Source: a virus
DNA length: 64,000 nucleotides
IMG/VR virus record: IMGVR_UViG_3300045988_130630
Strand: one strand, 5' to 3'
The translations under genes and the position numbers were made by a program. The notes under the pieces are model-generated. The model was given only the letters and a program-made list of their open reading frames with translations. It was not told where the DNA came from and made no database searches. Below, one piece after another: positions 48,101 to 58,598 of the stretch; position 1 is the first letter of the stretch, and each line of letters begins with the position of its first letter.

Positions 48101-49148
48101 ATTGTCGCTATTAATTAAAGAACATATAATTGGATATTTATCAAACCAGTTTGAAGGAATAAATCCTTTCTTATAATCCTTTACTTCAACTTTTGGAATA
48201 ATTTGTTTTCTTTCTAATGAATAAAAAGAAATTTTATTTTGGATCTCTTGAGTGTTATCAAGAATCCAATTTATCAATTCTTTTCCTGTTTTATTACCTT
48301 TATCCCAATCATTAGCATAAGGTTCCATTAATTCAAAAATTTCATCACTTGTCATTAAGTAAGTAAATTTATAGAAATCGTCAACTTCTCTTTCTCCTGG
48401 TTTAGAAGTAAGATATGCTTTATGAATGGGTCTATCTTCTTTAGTTAAATAATGCGCATCTGTTCCAACTACCATTTTTAAATCAAATGCCTTGGCGATT
48501 TGATAAATTTTATGATTTACAATTATTTGCTCAGTATCAGTAGATGGCGCACATTCAAGATAAAAATCATCTTTTCCAAATACTTTAATACAAAAATTGA
48601 TATAATCAATTATTTGATTATAATATTTAGTTTGAGTTTCAATATCTTTGTTTAATTCAGCTTGGAACATTGGTAAAATACAGCTTCCGAGTTCTCCACC
48701 AATACAAGCAGTTGTTGCTATAACATGCCCTTTATATTGTTCCATTACCATTTCAAGTTCACTTTTTAAAGTAGGAACTCGTTCCATTCGTCTATCAACA
48801 TAACTATGAATCCAAGCAATAGAACTTAATTCTCTTAATGCTTTATGTCCAATGGCATCTTTAGCAATAAGAATAAAGTGGTAATATTTTTGTCCGTTAT
48901 CTCTTGTATCAGTGAGATAAATTTCATTACCAAGAGCAATAGTAAAATCAGGATTTTTTTCTCTTATTTTTTTTGCATATTGATTTACTTCCATATGTGC
49001 AGAAAGACATTCATGATCTGTAATAGCGATGCCCGATAATCCTAATTCTATTGCTTTATCAATTAGTGCTGTTGGTCGATTAATACAGTCAAAGTAAACG
49101 GAGATTCGAATACATAGTATGTGAATGGCAATTAAAATATGATCTCAT
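45158..49148 (-). CDS. DNA polymerase III alpha-subunit-like replicative polymerase (DnaE/PolC type, N-terminal PHP domain), about 1330 aa, with an apparent +1 frameshift near codon 19
   Basis: The 1278-aa track ORF begins mid-PHP-domain. ATG 49148 behind AAAGGAGGG encodes MRSYFNCHSHTMYSNLRLL then TGA. The +1 frame continues DCINRPTALIDKAIELGLSGIAITDHE, which aligns with the canonical PHP start. No in-frame TAG in the long ORF. TAA stop. Confidence 0.7.
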
Positions 49149-49202
49149 TCTAACTCCGACCCTCCTTTTATTTTAATTTATATTTATATAATATCATATT
49201 AT

Positions 49203-49466
49203 TTAATAATAATCAAATCGAGAGATATAATTATCGCATATACTACGAATATCTCTTAAAAAATCAGCAAATTCCCTTGACCGAGATGATATCTTATGCA
49301 TATTATCACAAACCATAGAATTTAATGTATCTAATTCTACATTTAAGTCATGGGTAAAAAGTTCTAAATTAGAATTTAAATCCTAAGCTAAATCCGCGTC
49401 TTTAAGAAACATATTATTTTCAAGTATAGCATTAATACTTGAATTTAAATTAGATGTATTTAACAT
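49203..49466 (-). CDS. small hypothetical protein (87 aa)
   Basis: ATG behind AAGGAAG. One in-frame TAG. TAA stop. Confidence 0.35.
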
Positions 49467-49467
49467 A

Positions 49468-50667
49468 TTACTTCCTTATAATTACTAATTTATCACTGGC
49501 TCTAGTAGCCATAGTATATAAATACTTTTTATGTTCTTCTCGGTCAAAAGGATGATTTTCTTCAAATCCTAATACTTTTCCATATTCGCTACCTTGGGCT
49601 TTCCAACAGGTAATAGCGTAAGCATAGGAGAAATCAAGTGGAGGATCGAGGCATTGTTTATTATTTCTTAATTGATAACATTGGCTACCTGTAAGAGTCC
49701 CTTCACCGGTGATAAGTTGTTTATAATCAATTGGAGTCCCACAAAATTTATCTCCATCGCTTAAAACAATTTGAGTAAACATATAAGTAATAGGAACTTC
49801 TGAAATATAATAAGGGACTCGAATGTCTTCAGTATAAAAATCTTCAATAGTTCCAACGGTGCCATTAGTTAAAGCCCATACTCGATTCTCAGACATAAAA
49901 TCCCAGTTATTATGTAACCCAATAATTTTATCCCCTATTTGGGGGACATTAGGATCAAATCCTTTTCTCAATCGGACTACATTATTAATTTTAGTTCTTG
50001 TAGCATTTTTAGCACAAATGATCTAATCAGCCCAATCATACATTTCAGGTATAACTTGGCTTTTATCATATACTCTTACTTGTTTTCCTTCTGGACGATA
50101 AGAAATTAAAGATTTGCCTTCTCTAATCCACATTGAAAAACGAATAATTTCACTATCTTGCGCTTGGCGCATAATTTCATCGAGAAAAATATGTGGTTTA
50201 TCTAATACATGATTATTTTCATTGGGGTCTACAGGAGGCAACTGGCCAGGGTCGCCCGCCGCAATAATATAAATACCATGGGTTAGCATTAAGTCCCATA
50301 ACTTTTTAGGAAGCATTGATACTTCATCGACAACAATTACTTTATATTGGGCTAATTCACTGTTATCTTTTGGAAAAAATTTAAAAGTTCCATTAGCCAT
50401 CATTTTAGCTTTATATAAAAGTTTATGAGCAGTTGTTGCATTTGGGCAACCTTTTTGTTGAAGCACAGTCGCAGCTTTACCTGTAAATGCTACATAACAA
50501 ACTTCTTCTTCTGGATCGACATCAAGAGCAGAAATAATAAATTTAATCAAAGTGCTCTTTCCGCTTCCCGCGTATCCCGCTATACAAGTCCAACGCTCAT
50601 GGGCGTAATAGCGCTCAACCGCGATTTTCAATCCTTCTTCTTGTTTACGAGTTAATTCCATTTTCAC
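49468..50667 (-). CDS. Dda/RecD-like SF1 helicase (399 aa)
   Basis: Walker A GYAGSGKST, VVDEVSM, GDPGQLPPV, and C-terminal ITCWKAQGSEY...TMATRASDKL. Track ORFs 50023-50667 and 49468-49971 share one frame joined by a TAG at 50023-50025. Confidence 0.7.
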
Positions 50668-50866
50668 ACTCTCCAGGGTTTAATCTATAATATTTATTTT
50701 CATCAACTATAAAATAATCACAAGCCCATTTTAATGTTCCATAAACACCTGTCGTATGTCTATCTATGTTATCTAATTTAGAAATTAATTCTTGAGCTTT
50801 ATTATAATAAGAACAATTTTCATAATTAGAACAATAATTACATTGTTCTTTCCAGTAAATCCACAT
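50645..50866 (-). CDS. Cys-rich hypothetical protein (73 aa)
   Basis: Track ORF; TAA stop. Confidence 0.35.
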   Translation of the reverse strand: MWIYWKEQCNYCSNYENCSYYNKAQELISKLDNIDRHTTGVYGTLKWACDYFIVDENKYYRLNPGECENGINS

Positions 50867-51144
50867 TAATCATGTTCTCCAATTGCTTCATCAAGAATTT
50901 GATAAAAACGCATACAATCTCTTTCATAAAGTTCCATAGCTGTATTTTCAGCTTCTTTTTTAGTATATCCTCTACTATTAATATACTTTTCAATATCTTC
51001 CTTCATAGCTTTATAGCGAGCTAATTGATATCTATAGCAAAGACTATCATATATATAGCCTTTAGTATGTTTTTCTCTTTCTTCAAAAAATTCTAAACTA
51101 TTATCGTATTTATGAGCTTTATCAATCATTTCTTTTAAATCCAT
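50866..51144 (-). CDS. hypothetical protein (92 aa)
   Basis: Track ORF; TAA stop. Confidence 0.35.
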   Translation of the reverse strand: MDLKEMIDKAHKYDNSLEFFEEREKHTKGYIYDSLCYRYQLARYKAMKEDIEKYINSRGYTKKEAENTAMELYERDCMRFYQILDEAIGEHD

Positions 51145-51207
51145 AATATTTTCTCTCTTTCTTCATTTATATTTATATAATACCATATTTTAATTATTTA
51201 GTCAAAT

Positions 51208-51642
51208 TTAAAATATAATAAACTCATTATTTGTATTGTCAGCTTTAATTGTCATAGGCGGCCCAAAAGAAATAGTTGTTGTATGTGGCTAATTAGATTC
51301 AGAAAAAATTTCAGATTCAAGTTTTTCTCCAAAAATTTCTAAATCACTTTTTTCATTTGACTTGTCGGTTTCTTCGTCTGTTTCCGACACGCTCAAGTCA
51401 TCTTTTCCTGTATACTCAGCTAAAGATACATCAACCCACTTATCTGCAATTTGACTTAGAACTTCATAAAGCGTTTTTCCAGTAATTCCAAATTGCTTTA
51501 ATGAATTATTTATATTCTCATTAGCTATTGCAAATGATGAAGATAAAGACTCGGATAAATTTTTTAATGCTTCACCACTTTTTTGTGAGGTTGCCTAATA
51601 TATCATATTAATATCATCATCATAATAATTAAATTTTCCCAT
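51208..51642 (-). CDS. acidic hypothetical protein (144 aa)
   Basis: ATG 51642 behind GGAG. Two in-frame TAG, so absent from the track. TAA stop. Confidence 0.4.
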
Positions 51643-51649
51643 AATTTAC

Positions 51650-51699
51650 TCCATAAATAAAAATAATGGCTATATGAAGAAATAAATCTTCATATAGCC
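51650..51699 (-). terminator. rho-independent terminator downstream of the hydrolase gene (- strand)
   Basis: 12-bp stem GGCTATATGAAG / CTTCATATAGCC followed on the - strand by ATTATTTTTATTT. Confidence 0.5.
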
Positions 51700-51705
51700 G
51701 TAAAA

Positions 51706-52545
51706 TTAATTAGTAAAATAATTATAAGCAGTGGTCGCATTCTTTTGTCTTTGATTTAAAGAACTTGATCCACAACGCTCATAACATTTTGCAAAAGCTT
51801 TAGCAACTTCTTTTTCATCATTTAAATTTAAAAAAGAATTAAAATTAAATCCTCTTTTATATGAAGAACCAAAAGTATTAAATTCATATTCAATAGTATT
51901 TATTAAGAATTCGCATTGTGTATCTAAATTAGAATACCAAACACTTGAGTATCCTTTACTCCATTGACAAATTCCATAATAATATTTATTAGAAGCAGTT
52001 GGCTGTAAAGATAAAGTATGACCGCCACATTCTGCCATCATATTACCTAAAATACCTGCGCAAACCGCGTCATTCCATCCTTGGTCTTTCATATAAAGCC
52101 AAATTTCTGTCGCTACTGGATAAGTAGATGATTTATCACTCCATTGAGAATTAATTTTATCTAAACGATTCTGATAAATTTCCAAATATTCATTAGCAGT
52201 TTCATATTCTTTTTTAGCAAATTCAATAATAGGATGATTTTCATCATACCCTAATGCTCTTGTTGCTTCGGCTAAGTCATGAGCACTATTCACAATCTCT
52301 TGATATTCTTGGATTAGAGATTTGAGCTCTTTACGATTAACTGTATCATTAATTTCTCTATCCATAGGCTCCATATCAATAGTTTCTTCTGGTAAGAAAT
52401 TATATACAGTTGATGATTCAGAAGGGATGTAAGCTTCCGAAAAAGTAGTAATTTCGCTATAATTTAAAGCAAGAGCTGATGTTTGTAAAATAAAAATTAA
52501 TACAAAACAAATAATACTTCCTGCTAAAATCTTATATCTTTTCAT
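51706..52545 (-). CDS. secreted or membrane-anchored peptidoglycan hydrolase with a phage tail-lysozyme-like domain (279 aa)
   Basis: N-terminal signal/TM MKRYKILAGSIICFVLIFILQTSALA. C-terminal AGILGNMMAECGG...YGICQW...CEFLINTIEYEF pattern. AGGAGG RBS. No in-frame TAG. Confidence 0.45.
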   Translation of the reverse strand: MKRYKILAGSIICFVLIFILQTSALALNYSEITTFSEAYIPSESSTVYNFLPEETIDMEPMDREINDTVNRKELKSLIQEYQEIVNSAHDLAEATRALGYDENHPIIEFAKKEYETANEYLEIYQNRLDKINSQWSDKSSTYPVATEIWLYMKDQGWNDAVCAGILGNMMAECGGHTLSLQPTASNKYYYGICQWSKGYSSVWYSNLDTQCEFLINTIEYEFNTFGSSYKRGFNFNSFLNLNDEKEVAKAFAKCYERCGSSSLNQRQKNATTAYNYFTN

Positions 52546-52717
52546 AAATGATTTCCTCCTAATAGGTTTTTAAGTCTATTAGTCGTAGTGTCAATTATTA
52601 AAAATAATAAGCAGCCCTATCTACAATTTCGTAATCTTCTATAATAATCTAAGGACTAATATTATTATTCCATATATTTCGTTCGCATTTACCAACGATA
52701 TTAATTGTCACATAACC

Positions 52718-54346
52718 CTATTCAGAATACAATTTCTCGTATTCCTCCTCGGACGACTTAAACTTGATTAAACTGATGCCATCTGGCATAGTTATCTTCA
52801 AGGTAGGATTTTTATCTTTTGACATTAAAGTTAAGTTATTTGATGCAACTTTTATTCCTTCAACAGCAATAGATGCTTCTTCTACCCCTTGGCCCCAAAG
52901 TGGTTTAAGTTGAGCGATATCAATAATATCTTTTCCAACTAAATCATTAGTGTGATAAATAAAATCAACACTATAAATTGGGGTGAAATCAAAATCTTGT
53001 AAAGCAGAATTCGCGTATTCAATAAATTTATCAAAATTATCATCAATAATACCAAATCCAAAAGCGTTAGGATGTCCTTCCGCATACATAATTAGATTTG
53101 ATTTTTGACAAAATTCTCTAAAGTCTTTAAGCGCGGATTTGTCGTATCCTCTGCCGGAGCCTTCCCAACAAATTTGTTGAGTTTCTTCATCTATTGTTTT
53201 ATTAAGAATTAAAACAGGACGTTGATATTTGCTCATTAATTGATTAGCCATTAATCCAGTCAAATTTTTATCAGCAGCAAATCCATCTAACTTAATTCCT
53301 AAGATTTTATTACTTAAAAGATTTTGATTTGCGATTATCTATTCAATTTTTTCCAAGCTAGTGTCTCTGATTTTAGTTTGCCTATTCTTGATATTAGTAC
53401 AATTACGACAAGCTTGTTCTACTCTTGTTTCTGCTTGACCTTTACATCCACGTTTTGTTGAAGGGACAAGTTCGTATCCCTTAAAATCAAGCATTGACTC
53501 GAATAGCATGAGCTTTTCTTCTTGCGTCCCAACACGAGTAGTTGCATTAACTAAAGGAGCAATATAGAAAGCTACTCCAATAGGCGTAATCTCATTATTA
53601 AAATGAAACTAATCTCTATTGATTATGCCTCTGAAGTAAGGATTGGTGATTTGTTGTAAGCCTTTATTAATTAAATGTTTTGTTTCAAAATCACGCATAT
53701 CCATCATGTCGGCCACCATTCCAAGAGCAACTAAATCTAATATATGATCCGCATATTGAACGTTCATAAGTTCATCAATATAACAACAAAACTTATAAAC
53801 CATTCCTACGCCAGATAAAGATTTGGTCGGATAATCACATAATTGATTGTTAATAATACAAGCATACTATGATATTTTATCAGCTTCATGGTGGTCTATT
53901 ACCAACACGTCAATACCATTTTTATATAAATATTCGTGTTCTAAATAATCATTTGATGAAGAATCTGGAGCAATTACTAATTTAATATCTTTATCAATAC
54001 TATCTGGTATAATTCCGTGTTGTTTTCCTGCATGGACACGATAAAAAATATTGTTTTGCACAAACGCAGGAAAAAGACAGTATAAGTAATTCATGAGCGC
54101 GGCCGCCGAAGTATAGCCATCACAATCACTATCTACCTATATAAGAACTTTGTCATTTTGTGCAATATGTTTGACGAGCATTTTTGCGCCATTTTCTATT
54201 CTATCAATAGTTGCTGGTTCTATAATGTCGTCATCAGTGGTATTAAGATAATGAGGAATATTTTGTAATTTAATCCCTCTATTGGTTAGCACCTGTTCGA
54301 CCGCTGAATACTGCGGGATGCGAGGGGCTTTTAGTTGATAGTCCAT
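52718..54346 (-). CDS. RecJ-like DHH/DHHA1 single-strand exonuclease (about 543 aa)
   Basis: Four track fragments (54137-54346, 53867-54094, 53609-53803, 52718-53263) and the 53264-53608 gap share one frame. They are joined by 5 TAG codons with no TAA/TGA. Motifs VDSDCDGYTSAAAL, VIDHH, LGMVADMM and DHHA1-like YAEGHPNAFGFG. The terminal codon 52718-52720 is TAG; read-through would add about 40 aa to TAA near 52578. Confidence 0.7.
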
Positions 54347-54415
54347 AGGCTATTCAACCTCCTTTCATAATACCACCACTATTATTTAAGAATTTCTATA
54401 ATTTACTTATTTACA

Positions 54416-54733
54416 TCAGTCCTCTTTTAATACTTTTCCATAAAAATAGCAAGCATTATAAGGAAGGTCTAAGGTGGCGGGATAAATAATATTTTGAATA
54501 ATTGAAGGAGAAATAGTTCTAGAAATACAAGAAATATTACATTTATAACCTCTTGTATTTTCATCCGGGATAACAGTTTTCCACTGATCCCCATTTTCAA
54601 AATATATATTACACCGATTAATAGTCTCTTCTTTTTTTACCATTTTTATTCCAATAATTTTATAAGATTCTTCAATTTTTTCCAATTGTTCAATTCCTTC
54701 AATGAAAGTATTACACCAAACAATACCTGTCAT
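54416..54733 (-). CDS. hypothetical protein (105 aa)
   Basis: Track ORF; TGA stop. Confidence 0.35.
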   Translation of the reverse strand: MTGIVWCNTFIEGIEQLEKIEESYKIIGIKMVKKEETINRCNIYFENGDQWKTVIPDENTRGYKCNISCISRTISPSIIQNIIYPATLDLPYNACYFYGKVLKED

Positions 54734-55020
54734 AAACAGCTCTCTCCTATCTTATGTCCTAATGGACAAATATGAAAAAGAACAGGAATTTCCATTTCCG
54801 TATATCCTTTTTCTAAATCTCCATTATATCTAATTATTTTTCGAGTTTCAATTCCACTTGAGATACAATTACTGGTTTTATCATAATATTTATTACATTT
54901 ATCACAATAAATACAACTCCGAAGCAAACTATCTCTTTGCTTTTTTAATCCTTCAATCTGTGCGCTTAATGAAATAATTATATCATTTACAGAGATAGGA
55001 ATATCATAATCATCATTCAT
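54730..55020 (-). CDS. Cys-rich (zinc-ribbon-like) hypothetical protein (96 aa)
   Basis: Track ORF with CIYCDKCNKYY...C and HICPLGH. ATGA overlaps with both neighbours. Confidence 0.35.
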   Translation of the reverse strand: MNDDYDIPISVNDIIISLSAQIEGLKKQRDSLLRSCIYCDKCNKYYDKTSNCISSGIETRKIIRYNGDLEKGYTEMEIPVLFHICPLGHKIGESCL

Positions 55021-56120
55021 ATAAATATCCTTTCCTTATATAATTGTAAAAATTTTTCTTTACCATCATCAATTGGTGAATCTTTGTATTTTGTAATCAT
55101 ATTTTTATCAAAAATAAAAGATATAAGCACATCATTTTTAAATTTAGTTCTAATCTTTAAAAGATTTAACTTTAAGTGTTGAAATTCTGCGTCTCCAATT
55201 TCTTGGAATTGTCTATCAAAAGCAATTATAATTTCTTGCGCGCCACTATCTAATAATAATTGAATTTGATGCGAAGAAACATTGCTTCCGCAACAAGCTA
55301 CTGATATATTGTTATTCCAACCGAAATCAGTAGCATATTTCAATACTGATTTTTCACTTTCAAAAATGATTGCTTTTTTCATTATGCCAATGGCATTTTT
55401 AGACCAATTTAATCCATATAAGTTCATTCCAAGAGGATGATTATATAATTGATTATTTATTTTCATTGGTCTATATTTCCCATATAGCTCCGCCTCGTCT
55501 TTGCACATAGTGCGTCCGCGCAAGCCTATAAATCTTCCACTAATATCATAATGAGGAATTGTAATTTGATCGGCTCCTGGATAAAAACCAATACGCGCTT
55601 TATCAATTACTTCTTGAGAAATCCCCTCATCAAGCCAAGGAACTATTTTAATATTATAATTTAATCTATTTAAAATAGAATCATCATAATCTTTTAAAAT
55701 AATTTTGTTATTTTTTAATTCAATCTCTTGAATACGAGAATAATTTGATAAAATTTTCCAATCATCTAAAGTTTTACCCATATCGTCATCTTTTATCATA
55801 CCTGATAAACCAAAACGACGAGCAACCCATAAAACTGAATCATTTAAATCAAATTCTTCATCATATTGAATTTTCATTACTTTAGAACATAATTCAAAAA
55901 TATCAAAAGTTGAATCGCATCCCGTGTAGCATTTAAATAATCCTGTATTTTCATAAAAATAAAGTTTTCTACTACCTTCTCCAGGAGGATTATGACAAAT
56001 GGTGGAAGAGAGAATCCCGAATTCTGTATATTCAGGATCTCCGCCCCATTCAATTAATAAATCATAAATATTTTCAAGCCCAAGAGCTTGACGAATTTCT
56101 GATTTATCAAATACTATCAT
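55017..56120 (-). CDS. DNA primase (DnaG-like zinc-binding plus TOPRIM), 367 aa
   Basis: CHNPPGEGSRKLYFYENTGLFKCYTGC zinc motif; TOPRIM-like IIFESEKSVLKY and AFDRQ. No in-frame TAG. TGA stop. Confidence 0.7.
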   Translation of the reverse strand: MIVFDKSEIRQALGLENIYDLLIEWGGDPEYTEFGILSSTICHNPPGEGSRKLYFYENTGLFKCYTGCDSTFDIFELCSKVMKIQYDEEFDLNDSVLWVARRFGLSGMIKDDDMGKTLDDWKILSNYSRIQEIELKNNKIILKDYDDSILNRLNYNIKIVPWLDEGISQEVIDKARIGFYPGADQITIPHYDISGRFIGLRGRTMCKDEAELYGKYRPMKINNQLYNHPLGMNLYGLNWSKNAIGIMKKAIIFESEKSVLKYATDFGWNNNISVACCGSNVSSHQIQLLLDSGAQEIIIAFDRQFQEIGDAEFQHLKLNLLKIRTKFKNDVLISFIFDKNMITKYKDSPIDDGKEKFLQLYKERIFI

Positions 56121-56289
56121 AAGTAATTACTTTAGAACAATTTCTCATAAGCCCACACTGTTCATTAACATAATGAACAAGCATTTCCTGCGGACGAAGC
56201 TTAGCAAGACTGGGAACAGCTTTATAAGAACGAATAATCTCCTTAGCCATTCTATTACTCATCTTGTATTCAACATTACCACTCTTCAT
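56107..56289 (-). CDS. small hypothetical protein (60 aa)
   Basis: Track ORF with an AAGGAG RBS; overlaps the primase start. Confidence 0.3.
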   Translation of the reverse strand: MKSGNVEYKMSNRMAKEIIRSYKAVPSLAKLRPQEMLVHYVNEQCGLMRNCSKVITYDSI

Positions 56290-56306
56290 AATTTTTCTCC
56301 TTAATT

Positions 56307-57011
56307 TTAAATTAAATCATTTAATGAAATATTATCTTTATTTAAATATGAAATTCTAATTAAAGGAATTCCATGTTCTTTACAATAATTATTTTTTAAT
56401 TCATCACATTTTTGCTAATACATAATTTTTTCTTTAGTATTCCATCCTCCAATATAATTTGTTGAATGTGTTTCTCCATCATATTCGATTAATTTTTTTA
56501 CCATATTATCATCATCTAATATAGCAAAATCAAATCTTAAATAACCATTTTTAGGAGATAATAAATCAGAAAAAACGTATTCTTTTTTATAACTAATATT
56601 ATTTTTCTTAAGGATATTTTCTATAATATATTCCCCTTGCGATTGTTTCAGGCAACCACAAGACATAGTAGTTTTTTGTTTTAAACTATTTGAAGATACT
56701 TCTGTAATTTTTCCACATTCACATTGGCATTCCCAAATAATACCTCTTTCTTTAGTCCTTTTTCCGCTATCTTTTAAAACTGTTAATTTACCAAATTTCT
56801 AGCCCACTAAATTATTTGAAATTTTTTCTTTGCGTAAGCACCCACAAGATTGAGTTAAACCAGAAATTAAGTTTGCTCTTTGTATACTTTTTATTGTGCC
56901 ACAAGAACATTGACAAATCCAATATTGTTGTTTGGATTTTCTTTCTGTATCTAATTTCAATACTGTTAATCTATTAAAAATTTGTCCTGTTAAATCTTTC
57001 ATTAAATTCAT
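56307..57011 (-). CDS. free-standing homing-endonuclease-like protein: two tandem zinc-binding N-terminal modules plus a C-terminal PD-(D/E)xK / DUF559-like nuclease domain (234 aa)
   Basis: Track ORFs 56799-57011 and 56415-56666 plus the gap form one frame joined by 3 TAG. Modules IFNRLTVLK..WICQCSCG..SCGC and KFGKLTVLK..WECQCECG..SCGC. C-terminal GYLRFDFAIL...IEYDGETH...IRISYL. TAA stop at 56307-56309. Lies between the primase and dnaB genes. Confidence 0.55.
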
Positions 57012-57065
57012 CTCCTCTATTATTTTTAAATGAATAGGAGAGCATTTTAAGAAAAATTGTCCTTG

Positions 57066-58598
57066 TCAAAAAGCACTTTCTTCTTCAAGAGTAATTTTTA
57101 TATCATCAATAGGAACAAGTTCATAAGCATATGTAGTACAAAACATAGGAATAATTCTACAAGTTCCTAAATCTGCTTTACACCATAAAATAACTCCTTT
57201 ATACCTACCACGTCTATTTTTATAAACAGACATTTTAATAGTTGGAGTATCAAATAATTTTGTGTTTAGTATTTTTTCTAATGAAATTAAGTCATCATCT
57301 TGAACATTTAAAAGAATTGATCCATAATCTACTTTATCTGCGATAGATTTTGCTCCACGCAAAAGATTCTGGTCAGGAGTTTTAGAATCAACATAATCAC
57401 CATTTAACTGTGTTGCTGACATAATAAAAACACCGTATTGATTACAAATATCTTTTAATTTGTTAGATAACATAAAAAGTATATTATCTTCACGAAGTTT
57501 TACTCCACCACTACGACGAGTAATTTCTTCAAGAATTTTCATACTTGTATGAATATAGTCATGAAATATATATTTTACATCGTGATCTCGGATGCCTTTT
57601 TTGATTTCATTTTCGACATCCTGTAATGAAAAATCAGGTAATTCACGAATATACAATGGACTATCTTTAAGAATTTTCGCGGCTTCTATTACTCGTTCTT
57701 TTTCATTTCCTTGATATTCATTATAAATAATATGTTCTTCATTCACATTAGAAAGAAAAGCAAGCATCATTGTTTGAATTTCATTTTTATCTTGCTCTGT
57801 AGTTATATATAATACTGGTTCTTGAATTCCGTTTTTAATCCAACTTCCAAAAGTATCATCATATATTTTATTACAAGCAATATAGCACGAATCCGCAATC
57901 ATAGAACGAGTTTTACCTACACCGGTGGCTGCGGAGCGCAAGTAAAACTTTTTAAGTCTCGCTCCACGAGTAACTGTATTAATTAATGGCCCATATAGAG
58001 GACTTCCTGCTATTGGATGTTGCTCTAAATCATCAAGCAATTCAAAAATTCCATCACCTGCTTGAACTGCAACTCCTTCAACATCATTTACATATTCATA
58101 TTTAATTTGTTCTATGCGGTCATCAATTAATTGTGCGATATGCTCTAATGAAGAATTATCAAGATTATCTTCTTGTAATTGTTTTTTTTCAGTATCTAAA
58201 ATATTATCAGGGTCATAAATAAAAGAAACATCAATGCCATATCTATCATAGGCGCGAAGTAGAGACATTTTTTTTAAACGACCATAATAATAATCAAATG
58301 ATAAAGGTTTCGCATTTTCAGAAACTTTTAATAACCATTCTTCGCCTTTATTAACTTTAAATGTAGCTTCATATTTAGGGCGAGAAGAAAGAAAATCACT
58401 AATATTTTCTAAAGTAATTTTCTAAGCTCCTAATTCATGAATTTTATATATTGCTCCAAAAACAATTCTATGAAATTCATCAGCAAAGTCTTCATCAGTT
58501 ATTGTATATCTATCAGTAAAATCCAAAAGCTAAGGAGTATTATATACGCACCCTATAACTTGTGTAATCGCTGTTGGGTCTACATATTTACTCGGCAT
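57066..58598 (-). CDS. dnaB: DnaB-like replicative helicase (510 aa)
   Basis: The track ORF (400 aa) carries the RecA-like domain (SAATGVGKT, MSATQLNG). ATG 58598 behind AGGAGGA adds the DnaB N-terminal domain (DPTAITQVIGCVYNTP-TAG-LLD...) through 2 TAG codons. Confidence 0.8.
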
